Source: an uncultured bacterium (GTDB taxonomy: Bacteria; UBP7; UBA6624). From it: a stretch of DNA of 40,354 nt. The stretch covers positions 12,161-52,514 of the forward strand of contig CAYNKD010000001.1 of the NCBI GenBank assembly GCA_964397735.1, in the 5' to 3' direction. The notes beneath the pieces were generated by a model, which did no database searches, had not been told where the DNA came from, and was given only the letters and a program-made list of their open reading frames with translations. The position numbers and the translations under genes are program-made. This document shows, piece by piece, positions 8,768 through 17,245 of the stretch; the stretch's first letter is position 1, and the number at the start of each line of letters is the position of its first letter.

Positions 8768-9270
8768 TGAAGTTAAAAACTCTGCCAAAAGATTTTTCAG
8801 TCCTTACAAAACAATGTGTTGCTGTAACGAGTAAGGTTTCTGAAAAAATAATTTCAGAAATGAAAGAAATTTTAAAACTAAATGATGGAGTTGGGCTCGC
8901 TGCTCCTCAAGTTGGCTTGGACATGAGGTTAATTTTGTGCAAGGACGATCCTGATTCGAAAAAAATACATATTCTTTTAAATCCTTTGATAGTAGAGAAA
9001 GAGGGTTTGAATATAGATGTTGAAGGATGTTTGTCAATACCTGACTTGGCAGTTGACGTACCGAGACAAACGAAAATAAAAGTCACATATTTAGATATGG
9101 ACATGAATAAGAAAAATATAATCGTTGAAGGTTATTTTGCAAGGGTTTTGCAGCATGAAATTGATCACCTGGATGGAAAGTTGATTATTGAAAGGGGACT
9201 TGATGGAAGTTTTTTCTACAGAGGAGAACCCTTCTCGAAGGAAGAGGTTTTAAGAAAATTTTTAAAATAG
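8767..9270 (+). CDS. def: Peptide deformylase.
   Basis: All three Def motifs are present: GVGLAAPQVG, EGCLSIP and QHEIDHLDG. Confidence 0.9.
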   Translation: MKLKTLPKDFSVLTKQCVAVTSKVSEKIISEMKEILKLNDGVGLAAPQVGLDMRLILCKDDPDSKKIHILLNPLIVEKEGLNIDVEGCLSIPDLAVDVPRQTKIKVTYLDMDMNKKNIIVEGYFARVLQHEIDHLDGKLIIERGLDGSFFYRGEPFSKEEVLRKFLK

Positions 9271-10139
9271 CTTTTGCTGGTTCTGATGATTTGTCATTAG
9301 GTATATTGAAGAAGCTTCCAGTTAAACCAGCATGGATATTAACAAAGCCACCATCTAGGAGCGGTAGAAAAATGAAGCTCAGTGAAAATCTAATTATGAA
9401 TTATGCTCGTGAAGAAAACATTGATTGTTTTAGCAAGCCAAGTGACAACTTAGTTGCCGATTTGTTGATTGTGGTCTCTTATGGAAATATGATTCCTAAA
9501 AAGATGCTAGATTACCGATTTGGATCATTGAACCTACATCCATCTTTTTTGCCAAGATATCGTGGATCTGCCCCTATTCAAAGAGCTATCATTTCAGGAG
9601 ATGAGGAGATTGGAGTTTCTTGGATAAGGCTGGTAGAGGATTTGGATGCTGGTCCTATTGTTTTTCAGGAAAGTGTTGGAGTTGACTACATAAACAAAGA
9701 TAATAATTACAGATCCATAAAAAAGGATATTTCTGTTGTTGGGGCAAGGCTTTTAATTGAAAATTGGGAGAATATTTTTAATTTAAATCTAAATCCAAAA
9801 AAACAATTTGGAGATGTCACATGGGCAAATCGCATCAAGCAGGACGAAAGGATACTTGACTTTTCTAAAGGCGCAAAAGAATTAAACAGTTTGATCAAAG
9901 CTTTAGACCCTTCTCCGGGAGCAAGGTGTAGGCATGAGGATAATTGGGTTATCCTTAAAAGAAGCTCTTTTTCTGATGACTTCAATCTTGATCCTGGAGA
10001 GATTGAATTACAGGGAGATTCTTTGATCCTTGGAACATCAAAAGGCGTTTTGATTATTGACTGTATTGTGCCTCAGGGAAAAAGAGCTATGACGGGAAGA
10101 GATTTTTTAAACAGTAGACCAAATGCAAAATTCAATTGA
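9258..10139 (+). CDS. fmt: Methionyl-tRNA formyltransferase. It probably starts at a non-canonical codon (ATT 9258 or ATA 9267).
   Basis: Motifs seen are SLNLHPSFLPRYRGSAPIQRAI and LDAGPIV. The conserved N-terminal strand KIAFAGSDDLSLGILKKL begins upstream of the first canonical start (TTG 9291). GGAAGAGG at 9240-9247 lies 10 nt before ATT 9258. Confidence 0.8.
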   Translation: MFKIAFAGSDDLSLGILKKLPVKPAWILTKPPSRSGRKMKLSENLIMNYAREENIDCFSKPSDNLVADLLIVVSYGNMIPKKMLDYRFGSLNLHPSFLPRYRGSAPIQRAIISGDEEIGVSWIRLVEDLDAGPIVFQESVGVDYINKDNNYRSIKKDISVVGARLLIENWENIFNLNLNPKKQFGDVTWANRIKQDERILDFSKGAKELNSLIKALDPSPGARCRHEDNWVILKRSSFSDDFNLDPGEIELQGDSLILGTSKGVLIIDCIVPQGKRAMTGRDFLNSRPNAKFN

Positions 10140-11862
10140 AGTAAAGATTATTAAAGAGCTTTTTAGAGAGCATCAATTTCGTTTTTATAAGGGTATTCTT
10201 AAAAAGAAAAGAGTTTTTGTCTGGGCCGTTAGGAGCCCAAATTTTGCATGGAAGTCTTCAGAAAAGATTTTTGAAGGACTTTTAAACAAGCCAATTTCAA
10301 ATGTTTTAACTCTTAGAGGTTTAAATTCTTTTAGGGGTGAATACAGATTTGTTTTAGATGGCTTAAGTCATTTTTGCTCATTTAGAGATTGGCTTAAAAC
10401 AAAACCAAGTTATAGTGAAAGGCTAAAGGTCTCCTCTTCAGTGCTTCGTTCAGTTTCCGGCTTGCATAGTAGGGGATTTTCTCATTGTTGGATTAGCGAA
10501 GATTCTTTTTTCATTGATGATGAAGAAGGTGCTTACATGGTGGATTTTCCTATCAAAAAAATGTATTATTCATCTCTTTTAGACAAAGAAAAAATATCTA
10601 TTAAAAGTTTATTTGGACTTCCTCCAAAAACAGAAGACAGTCAAAAAATTTTTGATGTAAAAAATATTGCTATTTTGGTTATAAAAATTCTTACAGGATC
10701 TGTTCCCCCATTGGTTTCTGGCAATTTTGCAATCCCAAAGAGTATCAATAGAGACCTAAGTAAGGTTTTAGAAGGAATTTTGAATGGCGAGAATTCAAAA
10801 GTTTTAAATCTTCTTCCTGCACTTATAGGAAGATTGGAGATGATCTCAGAAGAAGAAGAGGTTTTGGTTGAAGGGAGTGTTTTTAATTATTTCTCAATAT
10901 TCAGTAGAAAATATTTGGAACCATTTTCGAGAATTTTATTAACCATTGCTAGCATATGGGCTTCTTTTGAGATATTGTATTTATTAGGTTTTAGCCAAAT
11001 TGATTCTCGGATCCCTAATGTTCTTGGGGAGAAAGAGAGCATTGGTTTATCTAAGATCCAATCAAAAGGATTTGTTGTAAATATGGTTGGTTTTGACGTT
11101 GAAAAGAATCTAGAAAGAGGTTTAATATCGAAAACAAAACCTTTGCCTGGTTCGAGCTTAAAGAAGGGGGATGTTGTTGATGTATGGATTAGTCCAGGAA
11201 AATTGGAAAAAATTATTCCTGATTTTTCAAATTTCCAATTGAGTGAATATTTTTCAAAACTGCTTGAAATGGACATTTGGCCAACTGAATTAAAAACAAT
11301 TAAAAGTAATCAATTTTCTGAAGGAAAAATAGCTTCAACAACACCAAGCCCAGGCTCAAAGATAAAGCAAGGCGCTCCATTTTCCATTAATGTGTATTTT
11401 TCCCTTGAAACAAAATTGTCTGTTTTCCCTGATTTTAAAAATATGGATATAGGTGATTCTTTGGAAAAGTTGAAAAGAAGTGGTTTTGAAATTGCTGGAT
11501 CCATCAGAACGAAAAGGTATTTGAGAGAAGATGCCAATAGCCAGACAATAATGTATCAGTTTCCACAAAAAGGTGCTGATATACCAACATTTATAAATCA
11601 CGATCTTTTTTTCATTCTTAACGAATCTAAAAATTGGAATTTTGACATTCGAGAATTGCCTCATTGGGTGAAAAATGGTGGTATTGAGATTGTTGTAAAG
11701 TATGATTCGAAAATTGAAAGGTGGGAAGAGGTTATAACTAGGGGTTTAAAACATCCATCTTTTGAAAATAGGGTTAAAAAGATATTAAATGAAAATAATA
11801 CGCCTATTTTTCTTACAATTAGCCAAGGCGGAAAATTAGCTTGGAGTTCTTACTTTGAATGA
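10123..11862 (+). CDS. Membrane protein with a degenerate Ser/Thr-kinase-like N-domain, one TM helix and about three PASTA-like repeats (PrkC/PknB-like pseudokinase).
   Basis: Kinase-fold landmarks are present without catalytic residues (HSRGFSHCWISEDSFFID...MVDFPI; FDVKNIAILVIKILTGSVPP). The TM helix is ILLTIASIWASFEILYLLGF. Repeats such as IPNVLGEKESIGLSKIQSKGF...PGSSLKKGDVVDVWIS follow. The position between fmt and rpe matches prkC. Confidence 0.65.
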   Translation: MQNSIEVKIIKELFREHQFRFYKGILKKKRVFVWAVRSPNFAWKSSEKIFEGLLNKPISNVLTLRGLNSFRGEYRFVLDGLSHFCSFRDWLKTKPSYSERLKVSSSVLRSVSGLHSRGFSHCWISEDSFFIDDEEGAYMVDFPIKKMYYSSLLDKEKISIKSLFGLPPKTEDSQKIFDVKNIAILVIKILTGSVPPLVSGNFAIPKSINRDLSKVLEGILNGENSKVLNLLPALIGRLEMISEEEEVLVEGSVFNYFSIFSRKYLEPFSRILLTIASIWASFEILYLLGFSQIDSRIPNVLGEKESIGLSKIQSKGFVVNMVGFDVEKNLERGLISKTKPLPGSSLKKGDVVDVWISPGKLEKIIPDFSNFQLSEYFSKLLEMDIWPTELKTIKSNQFSEGKIASTTPSPGSKIKQGAPFSINVYFSLETKLSVFPDFKNMDIGDSLEKLKRSGFEIAGSIRTKRYLREDANSQTIMYQFPQKGADIPTFINHDLFFILNESKNWNFDIRELPHWVKNGGIEIVVKYDSKIERWEEVITRGLKHPSFENRVKKILNENNTPIFLTISQGGKLAWSSYFE

Positions 11863-12506
11863 AAATAGCACCTTCTATTTTAGGTTGTAATTATTTAAAT
11901 CTTGGGAAACAGGTACAGTCTGTTGTTGACGGTGGGGCTGACTGGATTCATGTTGACGTGATGGATGGTAAATTTGTACCGAACATAAGCATAGGCATAC
12001 CTATAGTCGAATCTTTAAATAGAATTCAATGTTTCCAAGATGTGCATTTGATGATTGACTCCCCTGAAGATTATGTTGAGAAATTCATTGATGCTGGTGC
12101 AGATGCTGTTTCTTTTCATATCGAGGCAACAAAAAAAATGGATGCTATTATTGAAACCATATCTTCAACTTCCTGCCTTTGCGGTATAGCTCTTAATCCT
12201 GATACGAATATTAAAGAAATTTACTCACACTTGCACAAAATTGATTATGTTGTTATTATGTCTGTCTTTCCTGGTTTCGGAGGTCAGAAATTTATTGAAT
12301 CTACTCCAGAAAAAATTACTTGTTTAAGTTCTTTTAGAAAAGAAAATAAATTAAATTTTGAAATTGAAATTGATGGAGGGGTTACAAAAGAAAATGCAAA
12401 AGTTTTATTCAATGCAGGGGCTGATATTCTTGTTTCTGGTTCAGGCATATTCAAGCATGATTCCCCCGCTCAAGCTGTGAAGGAAATTAGAGACTTGTGT
12501 TGTTGA
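11859..12506 (+). CDS. rpe: Ribulose-phosphate 3-epimerase.
   Basis: The N-terminus reads MKIAPSILGCNYLNLG...GADWIHVDVMDGKFVPNISIG. The PGFGGQKF and IEIDGGV motifs are also present. Confidence 0.9.
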   Translation: MKIAPSILGCNYLNLGKQVQSVVDGGADWIHVDVMDGKFVPNISIGIPIVESLNRIQCFQDVHLMIDSPEDYVEKFIDAGADAVSFHIEATKKMDAIIETISSTSCLCGIALNPDTNIKEIYSHLHKIDYVVIMSVFPGFGGQKFIESTPEKITCLSSFRKENKLNFEIEIDGGVTKENAKVLFNAGADILVSGSGIFKHDSPAQAVKEIRDLCC

Positions 12507-13636
12507 AAAAATTTACCAGTGAATCTGTCACAGAAGGGCATCCAGATAAGCTCGCAGATAAGCTTTCCGATGCTTTTTTAGACTTCTCTTTATCTTTTTC
12601 GGGTGGAAAAAAAAGAGTGAAAGCGGCAATAGAAACTATGTTTACTGGGAAGTATGTAATTATCGCGGGGGAGGTTTCTGAATTTCTTTTAGAGAAAGTT
12701 AAAAAAGAATCTCAGAGCTTGGTTGGTAAGGTTTTGAGAGATGTGGGTTATTCTGAAGACTCTTTTGGTATGTCTTTTGACGAGATTAAAGTTATCGAGG
12801 ACATCAATCCACAAACAGGTGAACTTGCTAAACCCCATGACTTTCAAAAGGACGAAGAGGTTTCTGGAGACCAAGGAATGATGTGCGGTTTTGCTTGCTT
12901 GGACACTGACGTTTGGATGCCTGCAGCAATTTCATGGTCTCATGATTTGGCAAAAAAGTTAACTGAATTGAGGAAAAAAAATATATTGCCATGGCTTAGA
13001 CCAGACGGTAAAACACAGGTAACTGTTGCGTATAAGAAAGGTATTCCTTTTGTGGATACTGTTGTTTTGAGCACTCAGCATGATGAAAATGTTGATTTAG
13101 ATTTTTTAAGGAATGAATTACAGCAGAAAGTTGTTAATGATGTTCTGTCTAAGCATTTAACTAACGATAGCAAATTCTGTATTCAGGAGTCAGGATCTTG
13201 GTCTGAAGGTGGGCCTGTTGCAGATACTGGCTTAACTGGCAGAAAAATAACGGTCGATACATATGGCGGTTATGTTCCAAATGGAGGAGGTGCCTTTAGT
13301 GGAAAGGACCCAACAAAGGTCGACAGGTCAGGAGCTTATTATGCTAGGTTTGCTGCCGTTAAAGCTCTTGAGGCCTTCAAGAATAAAGAATTAAATAGAG
13401 TAGAAATCCAAGTTGCTTATGCCATTCATCAAAAAACCCCAATTTCTCTTTTCATAAAAACAAATAGAAGCGATCTTGATCAAGAGGTTGGCAACTTTGT
13501 GAAAAGTTTAAATTGGGATTTGTCTAACATCAACAAGAAATTAGATTTGTGGAATAGGAAATATGAACCATTATCCTCTTATGGCCATTTTGGAAGAAAA
13601 GATTTGAATTTACCTTGGGACCCCTCGGTAAATTAA
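12497..13636 (+). CDS. metK: S-adenosylmethionine synthetase.
   Basis: Motifs seen are FTSESVTEGHPDKLADKLSD, GDQGMMCGFA, GGGAFSGKDPTKVDRSGAYYAR and a HFGR-containing C-terminus. The start is GTG. Confidence 0.9.
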   Translation: MLLKKFTSESVTEGHPDKLADKLSDAFLDFSLSFSGGKKRVKAAIETMFTGKYVIIAGEVSEFLLEKVKKESQSLVGKVLRDVGYSEDSFGMSFDEIKVIEDINPQTGELAKPHDFQKDEEVSGDQGMMCGFACLDTDVWMPAAISWSHDLAKKLTELRKKNILPWLRPDGKTQVTVAYKKGIPFVDTVVLSTQHDENVDLDFLRNELQQKVVNDVLSKHLTNDSKFCIQESGSWSEGGPVADTGLTGRKITVDTYGGYVPNGGGAFSGKDPTKVDRSGAYYARFAAVKALEAFKNKELNRVEIQVAYAIHQKTPISLFIKTNRSDLDQEVGNFVKSLNWDLSNINKKLDLWNRKYEPLSSYGHFGRKDLNLPWDPSVN

Positions 13637-14748
13637 TGCATAAAAGGTTTAATTTCGATTCTGTTTCAGGGATAGACGTACTTGAGGAAGTTAAGGAAAA
13701 AATCTCCTGTTCTTTAGGTAGGTTTGCGCCAATAAATCCCTCTTCTAGACATTTGCTTGGGCAGGAAGTTGCATCAGTTATCGATTCTTGTACAAACAGC
13801 ATTGTGAAGGGTTTAGGTTTAAAAGGTTTTTCAAGTGGGGTTTGGACAAGTTCTGCAACAGAGGCTCATTACCTGATAGCAAATTCAATAAAGCCCAAAA
13901 AGGTCGTTGTTCCAAGGGGTTCGCGTCTAAGCTTGTTAAATGCAGCAAAAACATTATCCATCAAGCATGGTTCAGAATTAATAACTCCAAAGTTCAACAA
14001 TATTCATGGTTTTGACTTGTCTTTACTCGAAAATTTAAATGAGGAAGATGTTCTTTTTATGGAAGCTTCTTGTGCTGAAGTGGGTTTTGTTCAGGATTTG
14101 CAAGCCATTTCTTCAATTGTCAAAAAAAACGGTGTAAAAGTTTTGGTAGATGTCTCTTCTTCAGCTGGGTGGGTGAAGATGAATGATTTGTTGGATTTTT
14201 CTGAATGGGTAACTCTATCTTTTTTTAGATTTGGAGGGCCTCCAGGAGTTGGTTTTATTACATCAAAAAAAAACAATTTTAAACCTATTTTTTCAGGAGT
14301 TGAACAGGAGGGATTTAGGGGAGGGTGCATGTCTTTGGGTTTGATCGAAGGAGCGGCTGTTGCACTATCTTCTTTTGAAGAAGAATTTGAATCTGCAATC
14401 AAAAGGAAATGGAACAATTCTGTTTTGAACCTAGGGACTTTTTTAAAAGAGGGATTAAAAGTTAATGAATTTAAATTTAAGAGACGATTGCCTCACTCTT
14501 TGTCTTCATGGAGCAATTGTGTTGATTTAGACGCTTTTAGAATGAATCTTGCACTTGAAGGTATTTATATCGGAACAGGGCCTGCATGTATTTCTGGAGC
14601 TGGAAAAAAAAGTGAAATTTTAGAAGATTTAAATATCGAGATGACAGAAAGCCTTCTTGTTTCTCCCGATTTAAATCTAAGATTTGAAGATCTGGAATAT
14701 CTTTATGAAAGTTTTGAAAAAGCTTGGAATTATGCAAAAATTACATAA
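13636..14748 (+). CDS. Class V aminotransferase / cysteine desulfurase (NifS/IscS)-like protein lacking the PLP lysine.
   Basis: WTSSATEAHYLIANSI resembles TSGATEANN, VDVSSSAG resembles DA.Q, and GTGPACISG is the Cys loop. TLSFFRFGGPPGVGF aligns to SGHK.YGPKG.G with HK replaced by FR (AGA codon at 14227-14229). I chose ATG 13636, which overlaps the metK stop (TAATG). Confidence 0.7.
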   Translation: MHKRFNFDSVSGIDVLEEVKEKISCSLGRFAPINPSSRHLLGQEVASVIDSCTNSIVKGLGLKGFSSGVWTSSATEAHYLIANSIKPKKVVVPRGSRLSLLNAAKTLSIKHGSELITPKFNNIHGFDLSLLENLNEEDVLFMEASCAEVGFVQDLQAISSIVKKNGVKVLVDVSSSAGWVKMNDLLDFSEWVTLSFFRFGGPPGVGFITSKKNNFKPIFSGVEQEGFRGGCMSLGLIEGAAVALSSFEEEFESAIKRKWNNSVLNLGTFLKEGLKVNEFKFKRRLPHSLSSWSNCVDLDAFRMNLALEGIYIGTGPACISGAGKKSEILEDLNIEMTESLLVSPDLNLRFEDLEYLYESFEKAWNYAKIT

Positions 14749-14965
14749 ATTAGATACTAGAGGTTTTCTTTGCCCTCTTCCTATAATTAAGCTAAATAAG
14801 CTTGTTGGAAGTTTGAAATCGGATTGTGTTATTGAGCTTGTTTCTGATGACCCTGTTTCGGATTTAGACATTCCTGCATGGTGTTTTGATAACAATCAGG
14901 ACCTGATAAGCGTAGAAAAGGAAAGAAAATGCTTTATTTTCAGGATAAATATAAGAATTTTATGA
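14732..14965 (+). CDS. tusA: TusA/SirA-family sulfur carrier protein.
   Basis: The LDTRGFLCPLPIIKLNK...DDPVSDLDIPAWC motif with the conserved CP is present. ATG 14732 overlaps the end of the preceding gene. The ORF-track start at 14684 adds an unlikely leader. Confidence 0.75.
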   Translation: MQKLHKLDTRGFLCPLPIIKLNKLVGSLKSDCVIELVSDDPVSDLDIPAWCFDNNQDLISVEKERKCFIFRINIRIL

Positions 14966-15051
14966 AACTTTCTTTATTTTGTATTAGTATAGTTATTAAT
15001 ACTTCGGTTAATTGAGGGCTAAATCGAGTATTTGCCTAGTTTTACCTGGGT

Positions 15052-15082
15052 GGGGAGAGTCTTAGGGCTCTCCCTTTTTTTT
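15052..15082 (+). terminator. Rho-independent terminator for the plus-strand metK-nifS-like-tusA unit.
   Basis: The stem gggagag (15053-15059) pairs with ctctccc (15068-15074) across an 8-nt loop, followed by T8 (15075-15082). The stop codon of the convergent minus-strand gene sits in the loop. Confidence 0.8.
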
Positions 15083-16036
15083 GTTAATTTTAATTATTGA
15101 AATAATTCCAATTGGAAAGCCTATCCATAATGTTGCAAGCCTTGTTAAGAATGTTCCACTGGCAGCAACTTGTGCCTCTAACCCTATTCCAACAAGCAGT
15201 TTGGTTAGTGTGACCTCAGTTGCTCCAAGCCCTCCAGGGATAAAGGAAAGGGCTCCAGCAAGCATTGAAGAGGAATAAAATCTAATTGAAATTGCCATGT
15301 TCTCTATAAAGGTAAAAGGAATATCGGCACCAATTGCCTTTAGGCAAAGCAGGCAGGTAATACCTTCTAGTACCCAGGCAAGCCACCCCCATACCACAAG
15401 CCTGAACATATTTTTTTTTAGCAAGTTTAATGTTTCTGAAAAAGTTTCAATAAATGCTTCTTTTGATTCGATTGAATTTGATTTATTTATTATTTTGGTC
15501 CCTAGTGTTTTTCCTAAAAAGAATAAAAACATGGCAATCAGTAGGCCAAAAACCCATGATCCAATTGTCACCTGGATTGAACTTTCATAAAAATACTTAT
15601 TATCACTTGTTAGTAAATAAACAATAATTGGAAAGGAGAGAATTGCAACACCCGCAACATCGCTAGTTCTTTCGATCCAAATGATAGGCATGCTTTTTCT
15701 TGCGGGTATTTTTGCCAATTCATACAAATGTAAACTTTTTGAAATTTCTCCAATTTTCCCTGGAGTAAAAGTGTAAAAGAATCCTGAAAAAAAAGATAAA
15801 AAAGATTTTGAAATATTGATCTTTTCACCACTTTCTTTAAGAAGCCAGTGCCAGCGATAAGCTCTTAAAATATAATTCAAGAAAGCAAAAAAAACTCCTA
15901 TCAGAACCAGGTAAGGATTGAAGTTTTCGATTATTTCGAAGTTTTTTGCATCTGAATTAAAAATCCAAATAGCATATAGAGATATTGCAATTGCAGTATA
16001 GGTCCAAACCAATTTTATTTTATTCATATATTGCAT
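15062..16036 (-). CDS. Polytopic membrane protein of the UPF0104 / LPG-synthase-TM (flippase-like) family.
   Basis: It has multiple hydrophobic helices and the motif FFYTFTPGKIGEISKS, typical of this family. The ORF-track start at 16108 overlaps the upstream gene by 89 nt. ATG 16036 or 16027 is more plausible. Confidence 0.5.
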   Translation of the reverse strand: MQYMNKIKLVWTYTAIAISLYAIWIFNSDAKNFEIIENFNPYLVLIGVFFAFLNYILRAYRWHWLLKESGEKINISKSFLSFFSGFFYTFTPGKIGEISKSLHLYELAKIPARKSMPIIWIERTSDVAGVAILSFPIIVYLLTSDNKYFYESSIQVTIGSWVFGLLIAMFLFFLGKTLGTKIINKSNSIESKEAFIETFSETLNLLKKNMFRLVVWGWLAWVLEGITCLLCLKAIGADIPFTFIENMAISIRFYSSSMLAGALSFIPGGLGATEVTLTKLLVGIGLEAQVAASGTFLTRLATLWIGFPIGIISIIKINKKKGEP

Positions 16037-16796
16037 ATGCCACCCTAGAGCCTTGTCCATGTGACCATTTTGTTGGATCTGGCAAGGGGGGATGTTTTTT
16101 ATATTCAACTTTTATTACAACTTTTTGTGATATTTCTAAAGATTTTTTTATTAAGTTTTTGGTTGGCCAGCCTTTTAGAGCCAGTTCTCTTAAGGGAAGC
16201 ATATCGTCAGATTTAAATTTAGGTTTTATGAACATGGGAGAAAAACAAACTACATCAAAATTTCTCTTTGAGCTTTTTATATACTCTTCATTATCAATGC
16301 ATTTTGTTTTTATGTTCAGTGCTGCCTTTCTTATGAATTTTGGATAATTCTTATTATCTTTTGATCTTTTTAAACCTTCTGAGGTTATCAAATGTATAAA
16401 TTTATTTTTTTCTAAACCTAGCACTTCTGCATCACACGATGCAAGAACCAGTGCATCATGTGCCATTCCAAGATTAGCATCGAGTATCCTCATTCCCTTT
16501 TTCGGATTAACGCTTCTGTAGAGATGGTCTGGAAGGTTATTCCTAAGTGAGCCGATTCGGATTTTAGATAACCCTGGATGCCAGCTCCATATTTTTTCAT
16601 TAGGTGTATAAGATTTTAAGCCTTTTTTTTCATCTATGATAAGCAGAGGCATTTTGTCGTTTTCTCCAGATATCTTTTTTAGTGTCTTTTCTCTTCTTTC
16701 TACATATTCGGCAGAAAATTTTTCTGAAATGTTTTTTGCTTTTTCTACTTCATTTGTAGTTGGTTTTACTTTAGTGGTTATTATCCATTTAGCCAT
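16020..16796 (-). CDS. Class I SAM-dependent methyltransferase, RsmJ-like (16S rRNA m2G1516 type).
   Basis: ILDANLGMAHDALVLASCDAEVLGLEKNKFIHLITSEGLKR resembles the RsmJ motif vDATAGLGrDafvLAs.G..V...Er. FDVVCFSPMF resembles DVVYLDPMF. Confidence 0.65.
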   Translation of the reverse strand: MAKWIITTKVKPTTNEVEKAKNISEKFSAEYVERREKTLKKISGENDKMPLLIIDEKKGLKSYTPNEKIWSWHPGLSKIRIGSLRNNLPDHLYRSVNPKKGMRILDANLGMAHDALVLASCDAEVLGLEKNKFIHLITSEGLKRSKDNKNYPKFIRKAALNIKTKCIDNEEYIKSSKRNFDVVCFSPMFIKPKFKSDDMLPLRELALKGWPTKNLIKKSLEISQKVVIKVEYKKHPPLPDPTKWSHGQGSRVAYAIYE

Positions 16797-16801
16797 TTGA
16801 A

Positions 16802-17245
16802 CTATTTTTCTTTTTTGACAAGCTTGATATTGCTCATCTCTATTTCCGTGGTTAATGATTTTGTCATATCGTAAATATTCAACAAGGCAATCATTACTGC
16901 ATTAATTGCTTCAATTTCAACTCCTGTTTCAGACTTGGTTATAGCTTCTGATTTGACCAGGACAGAATTATTTTTCCATTCCGTAGTGATGTTGATTTTT
17001 TTTAGGTTTATTTGATGGCAAAGAAGGACAAGTTCAGATGTTTTTTTTGCTGCATTTATGCCGGCTATTTTCGCAACACTAAAGATGTTACCCTTTTTGC
17101 TTTTGGGGTCTTTCTTCAGTTGATCTGCAATGTTTTTAGGAAAAGTGATTAGTCCTTCAGCCGTAGCTTTTCTTTTTGTTATTTCTTTTCCTGAAACGTC
17201 GACCATATTTACGTCTCCCTCTTTGTTGAGATGTGTTATTTTCAA
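16802..17245 (-). CDS. moaC: Cyclic pyranopterin monophosphate synthase MoaC.
   Basis: The pattern KITHLNKEGDVNMVDVSGKEITKRKATAEG is present. TTG 17245 follows AAGGAGGT with 5-nt spacing and overlaps the moaE stop (TTGA). The ORF-track ATG at 17266 is the alternative. Confidence 0.85.
   Translation of the reverse strand: MKITHLNKEGDVNMVDVSGKEITKRKATAEGLITFPKNIADQLKKDPKSKKGNIFSVAKIAGINAAKKTSELVLLCHQINLKKINITTEWKNNSVLVKSEAITKSETGVEIEAINAVMIALLNIYDMTKSLTTEIEMSNIKLVKKEK

Noticed and set aside
14981-15002. A 9-bp AT-rich hairpin (gtattagta/tattaatac) after tusA as a terminator or small RNA.
   Set aside because: It is entirely A/T with one G-U pair and has no T-tract. Such hairpins arise by chance in AT-rich DNA. 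The GC-stem terminator at 15052-15082 explains termination.
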